Source of the DNA: Gemmatimonadota bacterium
GTDB taxonomy: Bacteria; Gemmatimonadota; Gemmatimonadetes; Gemmatimonadales; Gemmatimonadaceae
NCBI GenBank assembly: GCA_040389905.1
Contig: JAZJZK010000014.1
Location: 128,001-192,000, forward strand
Reading direction: 5' to 3'
DNA length: 64,000 nucleotides
Numbering within the stretch: the stretch's first letter is position 1; every line of letters begins with the position of its first letter. The notes under the pieces are model-generated. The model was not told the DNA's origin. It did not search any database and was given only the letters and a program-made list of their open reading frames with translations. Of the stretch, positions 49,158-59,447 are shown piece by piece. The translations under genes were made by a program, and so were the position numbers.

Positions 49158-50573
49158 TCATGGCGCTCCGGGCGCCGGCAGTGCGACGAGCACCGCCGTC
49201 GTGATGATGACGAAGATCGAGAAGGCCAACTCGGAGCGAGCGGTACTCGTGAGCAATGCCGTGGCCCCGGACTTGGCACCGAGCCTCGGCCGAACCCGCC
49301 GCCAATTGACGTAGCCGAAATTGGCGACGACGCCGGCGAACGCGAGTTTCGCCATGAGGACTTGGCCGTAGAGGCTTTCCCAGAGTTCGTTCAACGTGCC
49401 TAATCGGAGCCACGCGTTCACGAGGCCGGTGAGCGCGACGATCGCGACGCAGGTGAGGGCGACCGGAGAAAAGGCATTCGTCATGTACTTCAAGCGCTGT
49501 GCGCGTCCGTCGCCGGTCGATTGCAGATACGGCATGGCGCTCCACGTGAACCAGAGCAAGGTGCCGAGCCACCCTCCTGCCGCGAACGCGTGGACCGAGT
49601 TCGACACCATCGACAATGCCTTGAAATGATCCGTCGCCTCGGGATGCCCGCCAATCGACATGCCTGCGGATAGTCCCAGGCAACCGATCGCGGCGAACAC
49701 CCATCCCGCGTCCTTCCGCCGGCTCGCGAGGATGAAGCCGAGGGCGGCGACACTCACCGATCCCGTAATCGTCAGCCACCCGACACCCCAGCGCGAGTGA
49801 AAGATGATTTCGCGTATGGGGACGTCGATTTCGAGTCCGTATTCGACCATGTGATTCTGGAGGAAGAGACGGACCAGCGCCGCCGCGAGAAAGGCGAACG
49901 ACGCCAAGGCCGACGACCCTGCGATCTGCACCAGCAGCCGCGCGCGTCCCTCCTTGTCACTCCCCGGCGTCCGCGGCAGCACCGCCGTGCGAAACACCAC
50001 GGCGCCGATCATCGCCAGCATTGTCGTAAACAGGATGGTGCGCACGACGATGAACGGAAGCGAATCGCGCCGTGGCTTCGGTGCGCGCTGGGCGGACTTT
50101 TCGCGGACGGCGGCGGGCACGGTACTGTCGACGGTCGTCACCGACGCCGGTTGCGTGGCGACCCGGTGCGCCGGTGCATTGAGGAAGACGAGAAAGGAGT
50201 ACTCACCCTGCGCCGCGTGGCCATCGGCGCCGAAGGTCTTCCACTTCACGACGTACCGTCCGTCGGCAAGGGGAGACATCACCTTCACGCGAAGGGTGAG
50301 CGTGCTGTCGATGACGCGTTCGATTGGACCCAGCGTGACGAGTCTCCCTCCTGAATCGGCCAGCGTCACCACCGTCATCACGAGTTCCGGCGCCTCGTTG
50401 AACCAGAGGCGAAGCTCTTTCGGGCTCACCGTGATGGTGGAACCGGCTGGCGGCGTGCTGCTCACGAGTTGGGTGTGCGCCCATGCCATGGCGGGAACGA
50501 GAAGCCGCAAACCGCAGCACAGCGCCAACAGTGTGATGTGCCAAATCCAGCGACGTTCCGGAGGTCTCGTCAT
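49158..50573 (-). CDS. CopC-CopD fusion copper resistance/uptake protein
   Basis: AWA-HTQLVSSTP, WKTFGADGH (CopC); multi-TM domain with GHPEA, HAFAAGGWLG, YGQVLMAK (CopD). Confidence 0.9.
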   Translation of the reverse strand: MTRPPERRWIWHITLLALCCGLRLLVPAMAWAHTQLVSSTPPAGSTITVSPKELRLWFNEAPELVMTVVTLADSGGRLVTLGPIERVIDSTLTLRVKVMSPLADGRYVVKWKTFGADGHAAQGEYSFLVFLNAPAHRVATQPASVTTVDSTVPAAVREKSAQRAPKPRRDSLPFIVVRTILFTTMLAMIGAVVFRTAVLPRTPGSDKEGRARLLVQIAGSSALASFAFLAAALVRLFLQNHMVEYGLEIDVPIREIIFHSRWGVGWLTITGSVSVAALGFILASRRKDAGWVFAAIGCLGLSAGMSIGGHPEATDHFKALSMVSNSVHAFAAGGWLGTLLWFTWSAMPYLQSTGDGRAQRLKYMTNAFSPVALTCVAIVALTGLVNAWLRLGTLNELWESLYGQVLMAKLAFAGVVANFGYVNWRRVRPRLGAKSGATALLTSTARSELAFSIFVIITTAVLVALPAPGAP

Positions 50574-50828
50574 CGAGTTTTGCGCGGGTACGTGAGATCA
50601 GTGCCTTGGCAGGCCGTCACCCCTGGCAGGGTGCTTGACGTGACGGCGAACGCCGCGCAACTGCGTCAGCCGATGGTGCGTCGAGCAGTTCGGGTACGCC
50701 GACGCACATCGCACGATATCGGTGCCGTGGGGCAGGCACAATAGTCAGCCTCAGAAAGGGTGGGCAATCCGGGCGGATGATTCGCTCCATCGTACGCACG
50801 GGACGCCTTTACAGTTGAGCGCCGTGCA

Positions 50829-51005
50829 TCAACCGTCGCCACGCGCCGGCTCGCCCTTGGGGAGCCGGCCGGCGCGCTTGAGGGCCTCGCGCAGGATCTG
50901 CTCGATCTGCGCATTCACGGACCGAAGATCGTCATTCGCCCACCGCTCGACCGCGTCGAGCAGCCCGCGATCGACCCGCAGGAGAAAGGGTTTTCTTTCC
51001 GCCAC
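50829..51005 (-). CDS. Small ribbon-helix-helix (Arc-like) DNA-binding protein
   Basis: MAERKPFLLRVDRGLLDAVERWANDDLRSVNAQIEQILREAL, 58 aa, below the ORF-track cut-off. Confidence 0.85.
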   Translation of the reverse strand: MAERKPFLLRVDRGLLDAVERWANDDLRSVNAQIEQILREALKRAGRLPKGEPARGDG

Positions 51006-51015
51006 CGTTCCGCCG

Positions 51016-51885
51016 CTAGCCGAAGATCGAGCCGGCGTTCACCACGGGGGACGCGGCACGCTCTGAGCACAGGACCACGAGCAGGTTGCTCACCATCTGC
51101 GCCTTGCGCTCCTCGTCGAGGTGGACGATGCCCTTCTTCGACAACATCTCCAGCGCGTGCTCCACCATGCCCACGGCGCCTTCGACGATTTTCGAGCGCG
51201 CCGCGATGATCGCGCCCGCCTGCTGCCGCTGGAGCATCGCCTGCGCGATTTCCGGGGAGTACGCCAAGTGCGAGATGCGCGCCTCGATCACTTCCATTCC
51301 GGCCTTCGCGAGGCGGTCCTGGATGGCTTTCTGCAGGGCGTGCGAGACTTCCGCGGTGTGCGTCGACAGCGCTTCCTCGTCGTCGGCATGCGAGTCGTAC
51401 GGGTACGACTGCGCGACGGCCCGCACCGCGGACTCGCTCTGCACGGCAACGTACGTGGCATAGTTATCCACCTCGAACAGCGCCTCGGCGGTGTCCACCA
51501 CCTTCCAGACGACGATCGCCGCGATCTCGATGGGGTTCGCACGGCTGTCGTTCACCTTGAGCTTGGCCGTTTCGAAGTTCCTGATGCGGAGGGAGATCTT
51601 CTTCTTGGACAGGAACGGATTGGCGAACCAGAAGCCTTGCGTGCGCACCGTGCCCTTGTATTCGCCGAAGAGCTGGAGGGCCTTCGCCTCCCCGGGATTG
51701 ACGACGAAATAGCCGCCGAAGGAGATGAAGCAGGCAATCAGGACAAGAATGGCGAGCACGGCGACGACCGGCATGGCGTTCTTCCCCGCCCAGCCCATTG
51801 CCGCGAGCGAGAGGATCATGAGGGCGAACGTCGTGACCAAGGTAGGAATCCCGGACGACGCGTTGTACTCGTTTTCGCGAAGCAT
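51016..51885 (-). CDS. SPFH/band 7 domain membrane protein
   Basis: Two TMs; [45 protein letters not shown]. Confidence 0.93.
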   Translation of the reverse strand: MLRENEYNASSGIPTLVTTFALMILSLAAMGWAGKNAMPVVAVLAILVLIACFISFGGYFVVNPGEAKALQLFGEYKGTVRTQGFWFANPFLSKKKISLRIRNFETAKLKVNDSRANPIEIAAIVVWKVVDTAEALFEVDNYATYVAVQSESAVRAVAQSYPYDSHADDEEALSTHTAEVSHALQKAIQDRLAKAGMEVIEARISHLAYSPEIAQAMLQRQQAGAIIAARSKIVEGAVGMVEHALEMLSKKGIVHLDEERKAQMVSNLLVVLCSERAASPVVNAGSIFG

Positions 51886-51907
51886 GAGTGTTGAGTCCGT
51901 TAAAGAG

Positions 51908-51943
51908 TGATATCACGATGATATCATTCGGCGGACTTGTCAA
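51908..51943 (-). promoter_or_regulatory. Promoter with twin TGATATCA boxes
   Basis: TTGACA on the minus strand at 51943-51938; TGATATCA at 51908-51915 and 51919-51926. Confidence 0.65.
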
Positions 51944-52002
51944 TGGATAATTCGGGTGACCGGGCCCGGGCATCCAGGAGGGGAGATGGGGCTCGGCGTC
52001 GA

Positions 52003-52383
52003 TCAGGGCCGGACGAAGCGCTCCGTGTAGCTGCCGACGGTCACGCTCATGGTCTTCCCGTCGACCAAGCCCTGATACACGAAGCCGAGGGTCTGGTCGT
52101 AGAGAATGACGGTGTTGCCGTAGTTCGTATAAGTGCCGACATCACTCAGCGTCGTGCCATCGCTATGCTCGGCGTTGTCCGTGAACGAGCCGTCTTCCTT
52201 CAATTCGATGACCTCGCTCTTGATGCCGACACCATTCGGAAAGATGTACGGGAGGCTTGCGCCGTTCACGCTCTCGAGTTGGTACTTCCCGATCACGATC
52301 ACGGGTTCGGTGGCGCCACCAAGACAACCGGAGAGCCCAAATGCGATGCTGATCATCAGGCCAATTCGAATCGCTTTGCGCAT
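52003..52383 (-). CDS. Small lipoprotein, lipocalin-like
   Basis: Lipobox LSGC; GKYQLESVNGASLP. Confidence 0.75.
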   Translation of the reverse strand: MRKAIRIGLMISIAFGLSGCLGGATEPVIVIGKYQLESVNGASLPYIFPNGVGIKSEVIELKEDGSFTDNAEHSDGTTLSDVGTYTNYGNTVILYDQTLGFVYQGLVDGKTMSVTVGSYTERFVRP

Positions 52384-52587
52384 GGAAGTCCGTGTGTCCG
52401 GTGTCGTGGCAAGCCGTTCCCAGCATGACCTTCCCGCCAAATCTATCGTCACGGCTGGGAATGGAACCGCAACTGATTGAACGCGGATTGGGCGGATCGA
52501 GGCGGATCAATTCGGATCGAGCACGTAGTAGTCCCTAGCGGATTCAAGGTGCTCGGCTCATAGTAGACGATCTCATCGGATGACTTT

Positions 52588-53619
52588 GTGGGGCCCTCGT
52601 GGAGGTACAGTTTGTACGCTACGCGTCTGCTGTTTTCCAGTGCGGTATTCGTGGGTATCGCTCCGGCGATTCTGTGTGCGCAGGCGCCGACGATCGAGCG
52701 ACTCGAACCAGCGCTTGACGCGTTGATCGCCTCCGATGCGCGCGTCGAGAAGCTCGCCGAGGGGTTTCAGTGGTCGGAGGGGCCAGCATGGAACGTGAAG
52801 GGCGGCTACCTCCTCTTCAGCGATGTTCCCGCCAATACGATCTACAAGTGGAAGCAGGGCGAAGGCCTGAGCGTGTACCTCCGTCCAGCCGGCTACACCG
52901 GCCCGAATCCTCCCGGCCGGGAGCTGGGGAGCAATGGGCTGACGTTCGACCGCAGTGGTGCGCTCGTGATGGCCGATCATGGCAACCGGCAGATCGCCCG
53001 CCTCGATACGACCAAATACACCAAGACGACGCTCGCCAACCGCTTCGAGGGCAAGCGTCTCAATAGCCCGAACGACGTGGTGTTCCGCGCAAACGGTGAT
53101 GCGTACTTCACTGATCCGCCCTTCGGGCTGTGGAAGCTCAACGCCGACACGGCCAAGGAGCTTTCGTTCAGCGGTGTCTATCGTGTGACGCCGAGCGGAC
53201 AGATCACGCTCCTGACCAAGGAGCTCGGATTTCCGAACGGCATCGCTTTCTCGCCGGACGAGAAGACGCTGTATGTCTCCAACGCGGCGGGCGACCGGCC
53301 GATCTGGATGGCGTACGACGTTCAGCCGGATGGCAGCGTCGCGAGAGGGCGCGTGCTGTTCGACGCGTCTGCACAAGTGAAAGCAGGACGGAGGGGCGTG
53401 CCCGATGGCATGCGCGTGGACAAGCTCGGAAACCTGTTCGCGGCAGGTCCAGGTGGCGTTTACATCATCTCGCCGCAGGGCCGTCACCTCGGTACGATCC
53501 TCACCGGAATGCCCACGGCCAATTGCGCCTTCGGCGACGATGGCTCGATGCTCTACATCACGGCGAATAACCAACTCCTTCGCGTGCGCGTGAAGACGAA
53601 GGGTGTTGGCTTCCCATAA
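52588..53619 (+). CDS. SMP-30/gluconolactonase family protein
   Basis: WSEGPAW, GSNGL, RLNSPNDV, PNGIAFSPD, PDGMRVD. Start uncertain. Confidence 0.93.
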   Translation: MGPSWRYSLYATRLLFSSAVFVGIAPAILCAQAPTIERLEPALDALIASDARVEKLAEGFQWSEGPAWNVKGGYLLFSDVPANTIYKWKQGEGLSVYLRPAGYTGPNPPGRELGSNGLTFDRSGALVMADHGNRQIARLDTTKYTKTTLANRFEGKRLNSPNDVVFRANGDAYFTDPPFGLWKLNADTAKELSFSGVYRVTPSGQITLLTKELGFPNGIAFSPDEKTLYVSNAAGDRPIWMAYDVQPDGSVARGRVLFDASAQVKAGRRGVPDGMRVDKLGNLFAAGPGGVYIISPQGRHLGTILTGMPTANCAFGDDGSMLYITANNQLLRVRVKTKGVGFP

Positions 53620-53648
53620 GACCCTCTGAAGAACGGAGACATCGCGAC

Positions 53649-54755
53649 ATGAGTCAGGAGCACGAAAGCCGCAGGGAGTTCGTCAAGCGCGCTGCGCTCG
53701 TTGGTGCTGGAGCGCCATTCCTCAGCAGCCACCTCGCGGATCTGGCGATGGGCTTTCAGGGCAAGCCACTCGGCGTCGCCCTCGTCGGATTGGGCAGCCT
53801 GAGCACGAACCAGATTGCGCCCGCACTCCAGAAGACGAAAAACTGCCGGCTCGCGGGGATCGTCACCGGCACGCCGGCGAAAGCCGCGAAATGGAAGGCG
53901 GCGTACAACATTCCGGACAAGAGCATCTACGACTACAAAACGATGAGCCGGATGGCGGACAATCCCGACATCGACATCGTGTACGTGGTGACGCCGAACG
54001 CGCTGCACGCCGACCACTCGATCGCGGCCGCGCGGGCCGGCAAGCACGTGCTCTGTGAGAAGCCGATGGAGATTTCGGTCCAGCGCTGCAATGAGATGAT
54101 CGCGGCGAGCAAGAAGGCCGGGAAGCAACTCGCGATCGGCTATCGCTGCCAGTTCGAGCCGCACCACCTCGAAGCGATGCGGCTGGTGAAGGCGAAACAG
54201 TTCGGCGACCTGCGCTTGATCGACGCGGCATTCGGATTTTCGATCGGCGATCCAACACAGTGGCGGCTGAACAAGACCCTGTCGGGCGGCGGTCCGCTGA
54301 TGGATGTCGGCATCTATGCGCTCCAATCGGCGCGCATGCTGACGGGCGAGGAACCGGTGAAGGTTTCCGCGATCGCGACCAAGACCGATCCGGTGAAGTT
54401 CAAGACGGTCGAAGAGACGATGACCTTCGAGCTCACCTTTCCGAGCGGCGTGCTGGCCCACTGCGCCACGACGTACAAGATCAATGGCCTGAATCGCTTC
54501 ACGGCAATCGGTGACCGGGGTGCACTCGGCATGGAGCCGGCGTACAACTACAATGGCAACCGCGGTTGGCGGAGCGATGGCCAGCCGCTCAAGTTCGACG
54601 AGATCGACGTCTTCGCTGCGGAGATGGATGACTTCGCGCGGTGCATCCGGAGCAATGTGCGGTCAAAGGTGTCTGGCGAAGAGGGACTGCGCGATGTTCG
54701 GCTGCTGATGGCGATTTACGAAGCGGCGCGGACGGGACGGGCGGTGTCTGTTTAA
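53649..54755 (+). CDS. Gfo/Idh/MocA oxidoreductase (glucose-fructose oxidoreductase-like), Tat-exported
   Basis: SRREFVK Tat motif, VGLGSL, HVLCEKPM, GGGPLMDVGIY. Confidence 0.92.
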   Translation: MSQEHESRREFVKRAALVGAGAPFLSSHLADLAMGFQGKPLGVALVGLGSLSTNQIAPALQKTKNCRLAGIVTGTPAKAAKWKAAYNIPDKSIYDYKTMSRMADNPDIDIVYVVTPNALHADHSIAAARAGKHVLCEKPMEISVQRCNEMIAASKKAGKQLAIGYRCQFEPHHLEAMRLVKAKQFGDLRLIDAAFGFSIGDPTQWRLNKTLSGGGPLMDVGIYALQSARMLTGEEPVKVSAIATKTDPVKFKTVEETMTFELTFPSGVLAHCATTYKINGLNRFTAIGDRGALGMEPAYNYNGNRGWRSDGQPLKFDEIDVFAAEMDDFARCIRSNVRSKVSGEEGLRDVRLLMAIYEAARTGRAVSV

Positions 54756-54785
54756 TTCTCTCAACCGCAACGACAACAACAAATG

Positions 54786-54862
54786 AACCACAGAGGACAC
54801 AGAGGACACGGAGGACCGCATTGTTCATGTAGTCCTCTGTGTCCTCTGTGTCCTCTGTGGTT
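54786..54862. repeat. 31-bp inverted repeat built from 9-nt units
   Basis: AACC(ACAGAGGAC)x3, 15-nt loop, (GTCCTCTGT)x3 GGTT; one mismatch. Confidence 0.9.
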
Positions 54863-54923
54863 AAGGTTTCCGTTCTTGTTTCTGCTCTTTGTTGTTCGCT
54901 GGTGATGGCCGCGCTAGGATTGC

Positions 54924-55697
54924 GTGATGCACTTTTCCACTCGATTTCGAGCGTGGCTTTTCATTGTTGCGGTGCTGATGTTGGTCGCCGACCATTCCGT
55001 ACTCGCGCAGCCTCCGGTCTGGCGCGCGCGCGGGCAGGTCAACGCCAGCCTTCTCTTCGGCGCGACGGACCAGCAGCTCGTGGGCACCCAGGCGGATCTG
55101 TCTCGTGCTGACAGCACCATCAGGCTCGACGCGCGCGTGCAGTTCCGATATGGCGAGTCGGCCGATGCCAGCGGCGTGCGATCCGTACAGGCGCGAAGCT
55201 GGCTGGGGTCACTCTCGGCCGACGCCCGGCCCTTCGCCCTCGTGACACCGTTCATCCTCGGCACCATCGAATCGAGCTACGAGAAGCGTCTGGCGCATCG
55301 CGAGTCCGGTGGGCTTGGGGTCAAGTGGACGCCCGTGCGATCGTCAACAGCGAATGCGAACTTCAGCGCGGCGTTGCTGGCCGAACATACGACGTCAACA
55401 GCGGCGCCGGCTACGGGCGTTCGCACGGAGACCTCGCTGGCGCGCTGGTCATTTCGCACGAAGGCCGATCGAAAGATCGACCGAGCGTCATTCTCACAGG
55501 CGACGATGTATCAACCGGAGTTCGTGGACCCCTCGCGATTCCTGCTGACGTCGGCGACACAGTTTGCGTATGCGCTCACAGCAGCCTTCGCGGTCACCGT
55601 CTCGCTCAACGACAACTACGACAGCGGCGCCCGAGCGCGTGGTGCGCGCTCCAACACCGACGGACAATTGCTGCTGGGCGCGGCCGTCAGCCGTTAG
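54924..55697 (+). CDS. Outer-membrane beta-barrel protein (DUF481-like)
   Basis: Signal peptide and amphipathic beta-strands, about 250 aa. Confidence 0.65.
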   Translation: MMHFSTRFRAWLFIVAVLMLVADHSVLAQPPVWRARGQVNASLLFGATDQQLVGTQADLSRADSTIRLDARVQFRYGESADASGVRSVQARSWLGSLSADARPFALVTPFILGTIESSYEKRLAHRESGGLGVKWTPVRSSTANANFSAALLAEHTTSTAAPATGVRTETSLARWSFRTKADRKIDRASFSQATMYQPEFVDPSRFLLTSATQFAYALTAAFAVTVSLNDNYDSGARARGARSNTDGQLLLGAAVSR

Positions 55698-55700
55698 CGG

Positions 55701-57008
55701 TCATGGCTGCAGGGACTTCGGCACGAACGTCCCGCCCGTCCGAATAAGATCGAGAATCTCCTTCGAGCGGGCGTTCCACTGTCCCTGTTTCTCAGGTGTG
55801 ATGTGGTTGTGATCGGAGTCGATCATGGGAATCAACTCCTTCGCACCGGGGATCTGATTAAAGGCGGTGATGATACCAACTGGCGTTGCGGTCGTATCGA
55901 TGAAACCCACGGCGATGCACACGGGCGCCTTGATGCGCGACGCGAAGTTCACGGTATCGAAGTAGCGCGCCGCCTCCATCACGTTTGGATCACTCGCCAG
56001 CCAGTTGGGATATCCGGGCGCTCGGCCATGCAACGCGGCGTTGACGTCGGCACCTGACGGCTCGTTGACGACGACCGCGGTGATCTTCGGATTGAGCCCT
56101 GCGGTCACAAGACTCTGCTGCCCACCCATGCTCGTGCCCGTGGCCACCAGAATGCGGCCGTCCCAATCGGGGCGCGAGGCGAGGTAGTCCACCGCGCGCG
56201 TATCGCGAAGGTACATCTTCAGGAAGTACGATGAATCGCGACTCGTATTGCCCACCGCTTGATAGTTGCGTGGCACGTCGGTCGTCTGGTCAGGCGCGAC
56301 GTCATGCGAGTCGACGTTCAGCGTCAACCATCCCTCGGTCGCTCGGCTGGTGGACCATTGCTGCTGAAGCGGATAGACGCCGGCGTACTGGTAAATGACG
56401 AGTGCGGGAAACTTGCCCTCACCTTTGGGCTTGGCGAGGTAGCCCTGCACCGTCGAGCCAAGCGCATTGAGCTTGACGGTGAAGAGTTCGATGTCCGGAA
56501 CCTTGGTCTCAACGGGGGTGAGCACCGGGTTCATCGGAAGTTTCTTTTGCGCCTCGATCTTCTCGTCCCAAAAGTGGTCGAAGTCCGAGGGACGCGGTAC
56601 GACAGGCGCGATCTGCGTAATACCGATGGCGGCGCCGAGGTTGACCGTGGCGCGTGGTCCCGTCGGGCCGGTTCGGACCTGGGCGTACAGCATCGCCGGC
56701 TCCGAGATCTTTTCTTCGAGCTGCGCTGACCCCGTCGAGAAATCGAGGACGCCATAGCGCAGAGTGTCCTTGCGATTCTTCGTGATGACGAAGGGGAATC
56801 CAGCTGGAGGGACGGCGGCGCCGGGGGCCAACGTCACGGTCCAGCCGGCCCGCTCGCCCACGGCGTACATCCCGCTCGCCTTGATGGGCGTGAACACCAG
56901 TTGCGGCGCGGCTGCTGGCGCGGGTTGCTGCGCGACGGCAGGGAGCGCGGCGGCGAGGGCGAGAAAGGCGGCGGCGCGAAATGCGAACAGATGACTTGGT
57001 CGATTCAT
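55701..57008 (-). CDS. Acetylxylan esterase (CE7/AXE1-like)
   Basis: PSDFDHFW, RAVDYLASRPDWDG, GTSMGG, YFDTVNFA. Confidence 0.9.
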   Translation of the reverse strand: MNRPSHLFAFRAAAFLALAAALPAVAQQPAPAAAPQLVFTPIKASGMYAVGERAGWTVTLAPGAAVPPAGFPFVITKNRKDTLRYGVLDFSTGSAQLEEKISEPAMLYAQVRTGPTGPRATVNLGAAIGITQIAPVVPRPSDFDHFWDEKIEAQKKLPMNPVLTPVETKVPDIELFTVKLNALGSTVQGYLAKPKGEGKFPALVIYQYAGVYPLQQQWSTSRATEGWLTLNVDSHDVAPDQTTDVPRNYQAVGNTSRDSSYFLKMYLRDTRAVDYLASRPDWDGRILVATGTSMGGQQSLVTAGLNPKITAVVVNEPSGADVNAALHGRAPGYPNWLASDPNVMEAARYFDTVNFASRIKAPVCIAVGFIDTTATPVGIITAFNQIPGAKELIPMIDSDHNHITPEKQGQWNARSKEILDLIRTGGTFVPKSLQP

Positions 57009-57073
57009 GGGGGAATCATGCAGAAATTGCGGACGCTTCGCTATGCTTGGGCACTGGGGGGCGGAACTGCGGA

Positions 57074-57111
57074 AGGTGGAGGCCCTTCGCTCCGCTCAGG
57101 GCGACAAAACG
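57074..57111 (+). repeat. REP-like palindromic repeat
   Basis: GGTGGAGGCCCTTCGCTCCGCTCAGGGCGACAAAACG. Confidence 0.75.
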
Positions 57112-57135
57112 TGCGTGAAGAGCATACTTGATCCT

Positions 57136-58002
57136 ATGAAACGACTCCTTCTTCTGTGCCTCGCCAGCGGTGCGTGTGCTCGACCGGTGGCCATCGCGCC
57201 ACTCCCTGCCCTGCCCTTCGCGACCGACACGGTTCGCGCTCAACAGATATCTGACGGCGTGGTGCGCCGATTCGTCTATTCGCCGCAGGGCCCTTGGGCG
57301 ATTCACGTGCTCGATGTGGACCTTGCACGCTGCAACGCGGGCGTCGCGGTGAAAGGCGTGGACAGTGCTGCGTCGCGGATCAAGACCACCGTGCTGCTCC
57401 GCGATCTCGCGACACGAACCACGGTGTTCGGCGGCGTGAACGCGGATTTCTTCTCACTCGCCAACGGCACGCCGGCGGGGATGCTGATCGTTGACGGCAA
57501 GATGCTGACGCCGCCCTCAGCGCAGCCGGTGCTTGCCTTCGATTCCGCGGGCACACCCCACATCGGTGTGTTCACGCGAACGGCGGGCACACTTCGGCCA
57601 TTCTATCCTCGCGATGCCGTTGGTGGGCGACCACTACTGGTGCGCAACGGCGTGATGGTCTCGAACATCGATAGTGCGGGCGGCGCCGCATTCGCAGCTG
57701 CGCGGCATCCACGCACCGCGGCTGGCATCATGGCGGGAGGGAAACGACTGCTGCTGGTCGTCGTGGATGGACGGCAGGCGCCGTACAGCGACGGCATGAC
57801 GCTTCGCGAGTTGGCGACGCTCATGCTCTCACTCGGCGCGCGTGATGCGGTCAATCTCGATGGTGGGGGATCAACGACGTTGGTCTACGCGGATGCTGCG
57901 CATGGTGGCGCACTCGAGCTCGCGAACCGTCCGTCGGATAAGGAAGGAGAGCGCGGAGTGGGCGATGCGGTGGGAATCGTGCGGCGTTGCGGGGCGCGGT
58001 AG
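57136..58002 (+). CDS. Phosphodiester glycosidase (NAGPA/DUF2233) family lipoprotein
   Basis: GVNADFF, RHPRTAAG, VVDGRQ, NLDGGGS, NRPSD. Confidence 0.9.
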   Translation: MKRLLLLCLASGACARPVAIAPLPALPFATDTVRAQQISDGVVRRFVYSPQGPWAIHVLDVDLARCNAGVAVKGVDSAASRIKTTVLLRDLATRTTVFGGVNADFFSLANGTPAGMLIVDGKMLTPPSAQPVLAFDSAGTPHIGVFTRTAGTLRPFYPRDAVGGRPLLVRNGVMVSNIDSAGGAAFAAARHPRTAAGIMAGGKRLLLVVVDGRQAPYSDGMTLRELATLMLSLGARDAVNLDGGGSTTLVYADAAHGGALELANRPSDKEGERGVGDAVGIVRRCGAR

Positions 58003-58021
58003 CGGCTATGTGACGTCAAAG

Positions 58022-58100
58022 ATCAGATGTGAGCGGAGATCACATCGCGCCAGAAATCAGATGTGAGCGGAGGTCATCTCGCGCCAGAAATCAGATGTGA
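58022..58100. repeat. 34-bp tandem repeat, about 2.3 copies
   Basis: ATCAGATGTGAGCGGAGnTCAnnTCGCGCCAGAA at 58022 and 58056, partial at 58090. Confidence 0.85.
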
Positions 58101-58240
58101 CAGGTGCTCAGTGATCAGCCACAGCCTACAGATTCTCAGGGGGTGTGGCGCTTTGGTGCATCGCGCGTCGTGAAGCTCTCCTCTGCGCCCCTGCTCCTCT
58201 GCGTCCTCCGCGTTTTCACGGAGCTTAGCGACGGAACGGC

Positions 58241-59329
58241 TTAGCGGCACTGGCCCTGCGGAACAGCCGTTGGAACGTTTCCAACCGGTGTCCCGAAGTC
58301 GGGCGTGCCATCCGCCTTCCAGCCGAAGCGCTGCATGCGAATGACGCGGTCGCTCCACCCGCGCGCCGGGACGGACTTCGCGTGAAAGACGATCCAGTCC
58401 TCCCTGCCGTCCGGCGACGTCGTGAAGCTCGCATGACCGACACCGAATACTCCGCCGCTGGGCTGACCGGTGAACACTGGCCCCGTCTTGATCCAACTCG
58501 CTGGATCGAGAGGGTCAGCATCTGGCGTCCGACGGCGAAGTAACCCGAGCCTGTAATCGGGCAAGAAGGATTCGCGCGTGGAATACACGATGAACGTGTC
58601 GTTGCCATGCGAGAGGAACTCGGGTCCCTCCTGAAGGTTGAGCTCCGGCCCCAACTCCCATGCTTCGACGGGCGCGCTGATGCGAACGCGATTGGTGGCA
58701 ATCGTCCACGGGTTCGCCATGCGCGCGATGTACAGTTGCTGCGGTGTCACGTGCGTCGAACGGTTCTCGGTCCAGCCCGACCACACCGCGTAGAGTTGTC
58801 CGCGAATGCGGGCGACGGAGAGATCGATCGCCCAGATCGGATTGGTCCGCCCCACGACGTCATTGCCGGTATAGAGCATTCCGCGATCGACGTAGCTACC
58901 CTGCGGGTCGTCGCTCGTTGACTCGAGGACGCCGCTCCGCTGATCTGTAAAGGCAGCGTCCTGTCCTGCTGGACCGGGCATCCCTGCCGCGTAGTAGATG
59001 TACCAGCGTCCGTCGATGAAGTGGAGTTCGGGCGCCCAGACATCCGTGCGGTTCCATCCACTCGACGGCGTGGACCAGACTTTCACCGCGTTCTGCTTCA
59101 GTTTCGTGAGGGTATCCGAGCGGTACACCCAGATTCCGTTGTTGCGAGACTCGACCTGAAAGTAGGATGTGCCCCGACGGGTAACCCAGGGATCGGCGCC
59201 GGGCGCAATGGGGTTGGTGAAGGTCCGGACACACGCCGATGAGGGCGGGTTCGGCGGAGCATAGGCCGACGTGCACGCGGCAGCGACGAGAAGAAGTGGT
59301 AGAAGAATTCCACTCTTGCGAGAATGCAT
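58241..59329 (-). CDS. Glycoside hydrolase family 43 lipoprotein
   Basis: GADPWV, WAPELH, WAID, QEGP, GVGHASF; lipobox AAAC. Confidence 0.92.
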   Translation of the reverse strand: MHSRKSGILLPLLLVAAACTSAYAPPNPPSSACVRTFTNPIAPGADPWVTRRGTSYFQVESRNNGIWVYRSDTLTKLKQNAVKVWSTPSSGWNRTDVWAPELHFIDGRWYIYYAAGMPGPAGQDAAFTDQRSGVLESTSDDPQGSYVDRGMLYTGNDVVGRTNPIWAIDLSVARIRGQLYAVWSGWTENRSTHVTPQQLYIARMANPWTIATNRVRISAPVEAWELGPELNLQEGPEFLSHGNDTFIVYSTRESFLPDYRLGLLRRRTPDADPLDPASWIKTGPVFTGQPSGGVFGVGHASFTTSPDGREDWIVFHAKSVPARGWSDRVIRMQRFGWKADGTPDFGTPVGNVPTAVPQGQCR

Positions 59330-59447
59330 GCACACGCGGAACGTCCATGGATTCGACGGTCTCGCCAGTCTCCGGAGTATGGACATGAAGTTTGTCATCG
59401 CCTGCTGCGTCGCGGTTGTCACGGCGTCCGTCGCCTGATCATCGTCC

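Noticed and set aside
58022..58100. Possible mini CRISPR array
   Set aside because: Units are contiguous with no unique spacers, and there are no cas genes in the window.
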